Source: Sphyrna mokarran | Lineage: Eukaryota | Assembly: GCA_024679065.1 (NCBI GenBank) | Contig: JAGIQG010000023.1 | Location: 10,168,001 to 10,232,000 of the forward strand | Direction of reading: 5' to 3' | Length of the DNA: 64,000 nt | Shown: positions 61,483-64,000 of the stretch, piece after piece | Layout of the letters: every line of letters starts with the position of its first letter | How positions within the stretch are numbered: position 1 is the first letter of the stretch | Notes under the pieces: generated by a model | What the model was told of the DNA's origin: nothing | The model's input: only the letters and a program-made list of their open reading frames with translations | Database searches by the model: none | Made by a program: the position numbers and the translations under genes

Positions 61483-64000
61483 GTGAGTAAGGGACAAAAC
61501 TGGGTATCAAGATGAAGAGTGTTAGATTAATTCTAGTGCATGGTTTATCCCATAGAGATATTTAAACACTTGGAGACGTGTAAAGCGACAAAAACTCAGC
61601 AAAAATAAATTAATGACATTTTTGTGATATTTGTCACTATTTTGTTGATAGTTTTTTACCACAGAAATATTTACCAGGAAATAGTAAACAACGTTATTGA
61701 TTATGACGATAAATTAACTATTCATTTTTGTTAAAAAAAACTATATGATTGAAATAATTAAAATGCAGAAGCAACACACTGTAGTCCAGTAAAAGTTAAC
61801 TTGTTAATGTAGTTTCATGCTCATTATGTCCTGAAGACTGGAGAGTTTGATTCGCTCAGTTACTTGGAGTGCAATGCAGAATGATTCTAATGACAGAGGT
61901 TCAATCCTCGGACCGGCTATGGTAATTTATGGAAATCTGCCTCCTCACCTTTCCCCAATCCTGTGAATGGTGCCCCTCACACTCAATGTAACCAATTGTC
62001 TCTCCCTCATGTTAAGAGATTATTGCTCATTGAATTGACTCTGAAGATTGCAGAGTTAACAACCACTCAAGGAGGACATGCTCAAGTTTGCGATTGTTTC
62101 TATTAACAAAATTAGAACTGATGAAATGTAGTTTTATGATATTTTGTTGATGACTTTGTTTCATAGAATCCCTACAGTGTACAAGTAGGCTATTTGGCCT
62201 ATCAGGTTTGCACCAGCTCTCTGACAGAGCTAACCAGTTCCTACCTCCGTAACCCCACATATTCACCTTGTTAATTTTCTTAATCTGTACACCTTGGTAT
62301 ACCAAGGGCCAATTTACCCTGCTAATCTCTATTATTCTAAGGGGCAATTAAGCATAGGCAATCAACCGCAGAACACATCTTGGAGTGTCAGAGGAAAGCG
62401 AAGCACCCGGAGGAAGTCCACACAGGCACAAGGAAGACATGCAAACTCCACACATAGTCAGCCGAGGCCAATATTGATCCCAGATCCTTGGTGCAATGAG
62501 ATAGCAGTGATCACCACTGTGCCATTCAATCACTGGTCCGTGATTGGTCTACTTCGATGTTCCAAGATGTAATTATTTTATTTTCATTCCTTGACATTTC
62601 ACAAAAGTAAATTTAAATTGTCACGCCAGCCCCATACTAAACTGATGTTATTATACTGGCTGTAATGGAACTTTTGATTCATACTGCCACCTCTCCTCCT
62701 CAAGATGAACATTAGAAATAGGAGCAGGAGTTGGCCATTTGTCCCTTTGAGCTAGCTCCATCATTCAGCAACATCCTGACTGATCTCCACTCTCAATTCT
62801 TATATCCCGCACTATCCCCACATTCCTCAATTATGTTGATGCCAAACAATTATATAAATCTCTGTGTTTAATATCCTTCAAGACTGAATATCTAAAGCTC
62901 TCTGGGGTGGAGAATTCCAAAGATTCGCAACACCTTGAGTGAATGAAAATCTCCTCATCACATCTTTTGTGTCTGTCACTTTGTTCTGAGACTGTGATCT
63001 TGTGTTGCAGAATGCCCAACCCTGGTAGTGTAGCACATATATGCTCAAAATGTACCCTGTCAAGCTCCTTAAGGATTTTGCACATTTCAATTCAATCACC
63101 CCTGATTGTTCCAACAGACAGGGAATATGCACCTTGCAGACTCAATTGTTCCCATCCCATCCCCTTATTCCAGGAACCAGCCTTGGTTATCTCCATTGCA
63201 CTTTAGCCTGAGTAATGTGTCATTCCTGCTGCATTGACCTGTGGGGCAGACTGAGGCCCAGATTGCCGTCCCTGGGCCGTGTTCACTGAGTCGGGAAAGG
63301 CAATAAACAATGAGTTGGGATGGGCAACCCAGGAACAAATCCATAGGCTGCTCAGCCCGGAGGCGAGCTGGACACAAGGCCTGTTTCTGTGCCCCAGCGC
63401 CATGGTTAATAAATAAGATAATTTAAACTACCAAATAATCACTCCAGCCCTGACAACTCACCAGAGTTTGTCCCAAAGAGTAACTTTCCTCTCCCAAAGA
63501 ATAACTTTCCCCTGTCAAACAGTAACTTCCATTCCCAGAAGGTATACCCTGACTGTCCAGAAGAATCCACCAAGTTCAAACTTTCTCTTAACTATTCTAA
63601 TCTGCACATTCTGGATTCCACACTCCTGATTATACAAAATCCCACTTCTGTCGAGGCAGATGATGAATTTAATGACAATCCACCTCTACAAATCACGAAT
63701 GCCAACCCAATTCCTGTCCCATTCCCAATCTCAGAGCTTTAAAATTCCAGCCATTCTCAGATTTTCTCCATGACAGGGACCTTTCAGACCTGGATGTGAA
63801 ATTAACCTTTCAACTGAAAGTCATCACCCAGCTCTGTGAACGTGACTGGGGGAGGAAAATCTGAGCCATCTCGTCCCTCAGTATTACACTGGAATGTTCC
63901 TGTAGATTTTATACTCCAGTCTCTGGAGTGGGACCTGACCCTGCAATCCACCCATTCAGAGGCACCAGTGCAAAGCTTGAGTGACAAGGTGACACAATAA

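Larger units (their letters stand above)
57773..64000. repeat. Right arm of the inverted segmental duplication (extends past the window)
   Basis: Reverse-complement homology to 33303-39625. Confidence 0.9.

Overview
Eukaryotic (shark/elasmobranch-type) genomic DNA, judged from spliceosomal exons and CR1/RTE/Rex/Penelope LINEs, V-domain tRNA-SINEs and Harbinger relics. It contains an immune-receptor cluster of the CD300/pIgR-like family, resembling skate MDIRs. (1) A minus-strand gene: a 37-nt leader exon (35722-35758, MWILILFIFSLP), a distinct N-terminal V-set exon (28458-28772), then ten ~2.5-kb tandem units (1-25310), each with a 324-nt C2-type Ig exon and a 309-nt V-set Ig exon. All 21 Ig exons are open and phase 1-1, giving V-(C2-V)x10, about 2,227 codons in the window. 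The array runs off the left edge, so no TM or tail exon is visible. (2) An old inverted duplication (about 33.3-39.6 kb vs 57.8-64 kb+) places a paralogue with an identical leader peptide head-to-head on the plus strand (61446-61482). (3) The ~18-kb spacer holds relics of further family members: a dead leader/promoter (47711-47746) and orphan cytoplasmic exons with YxN and ITIM motifs (44310-44362, 46563-46838). It also holds a fragmented retrovirus-like element (pol plus an atypical env), a young CR1 across a 100-N gap, and other TEs. Exon coordinates were read from splice sites; TE boundaries are approximate. Family assignments come from motif recognition, not database searches.
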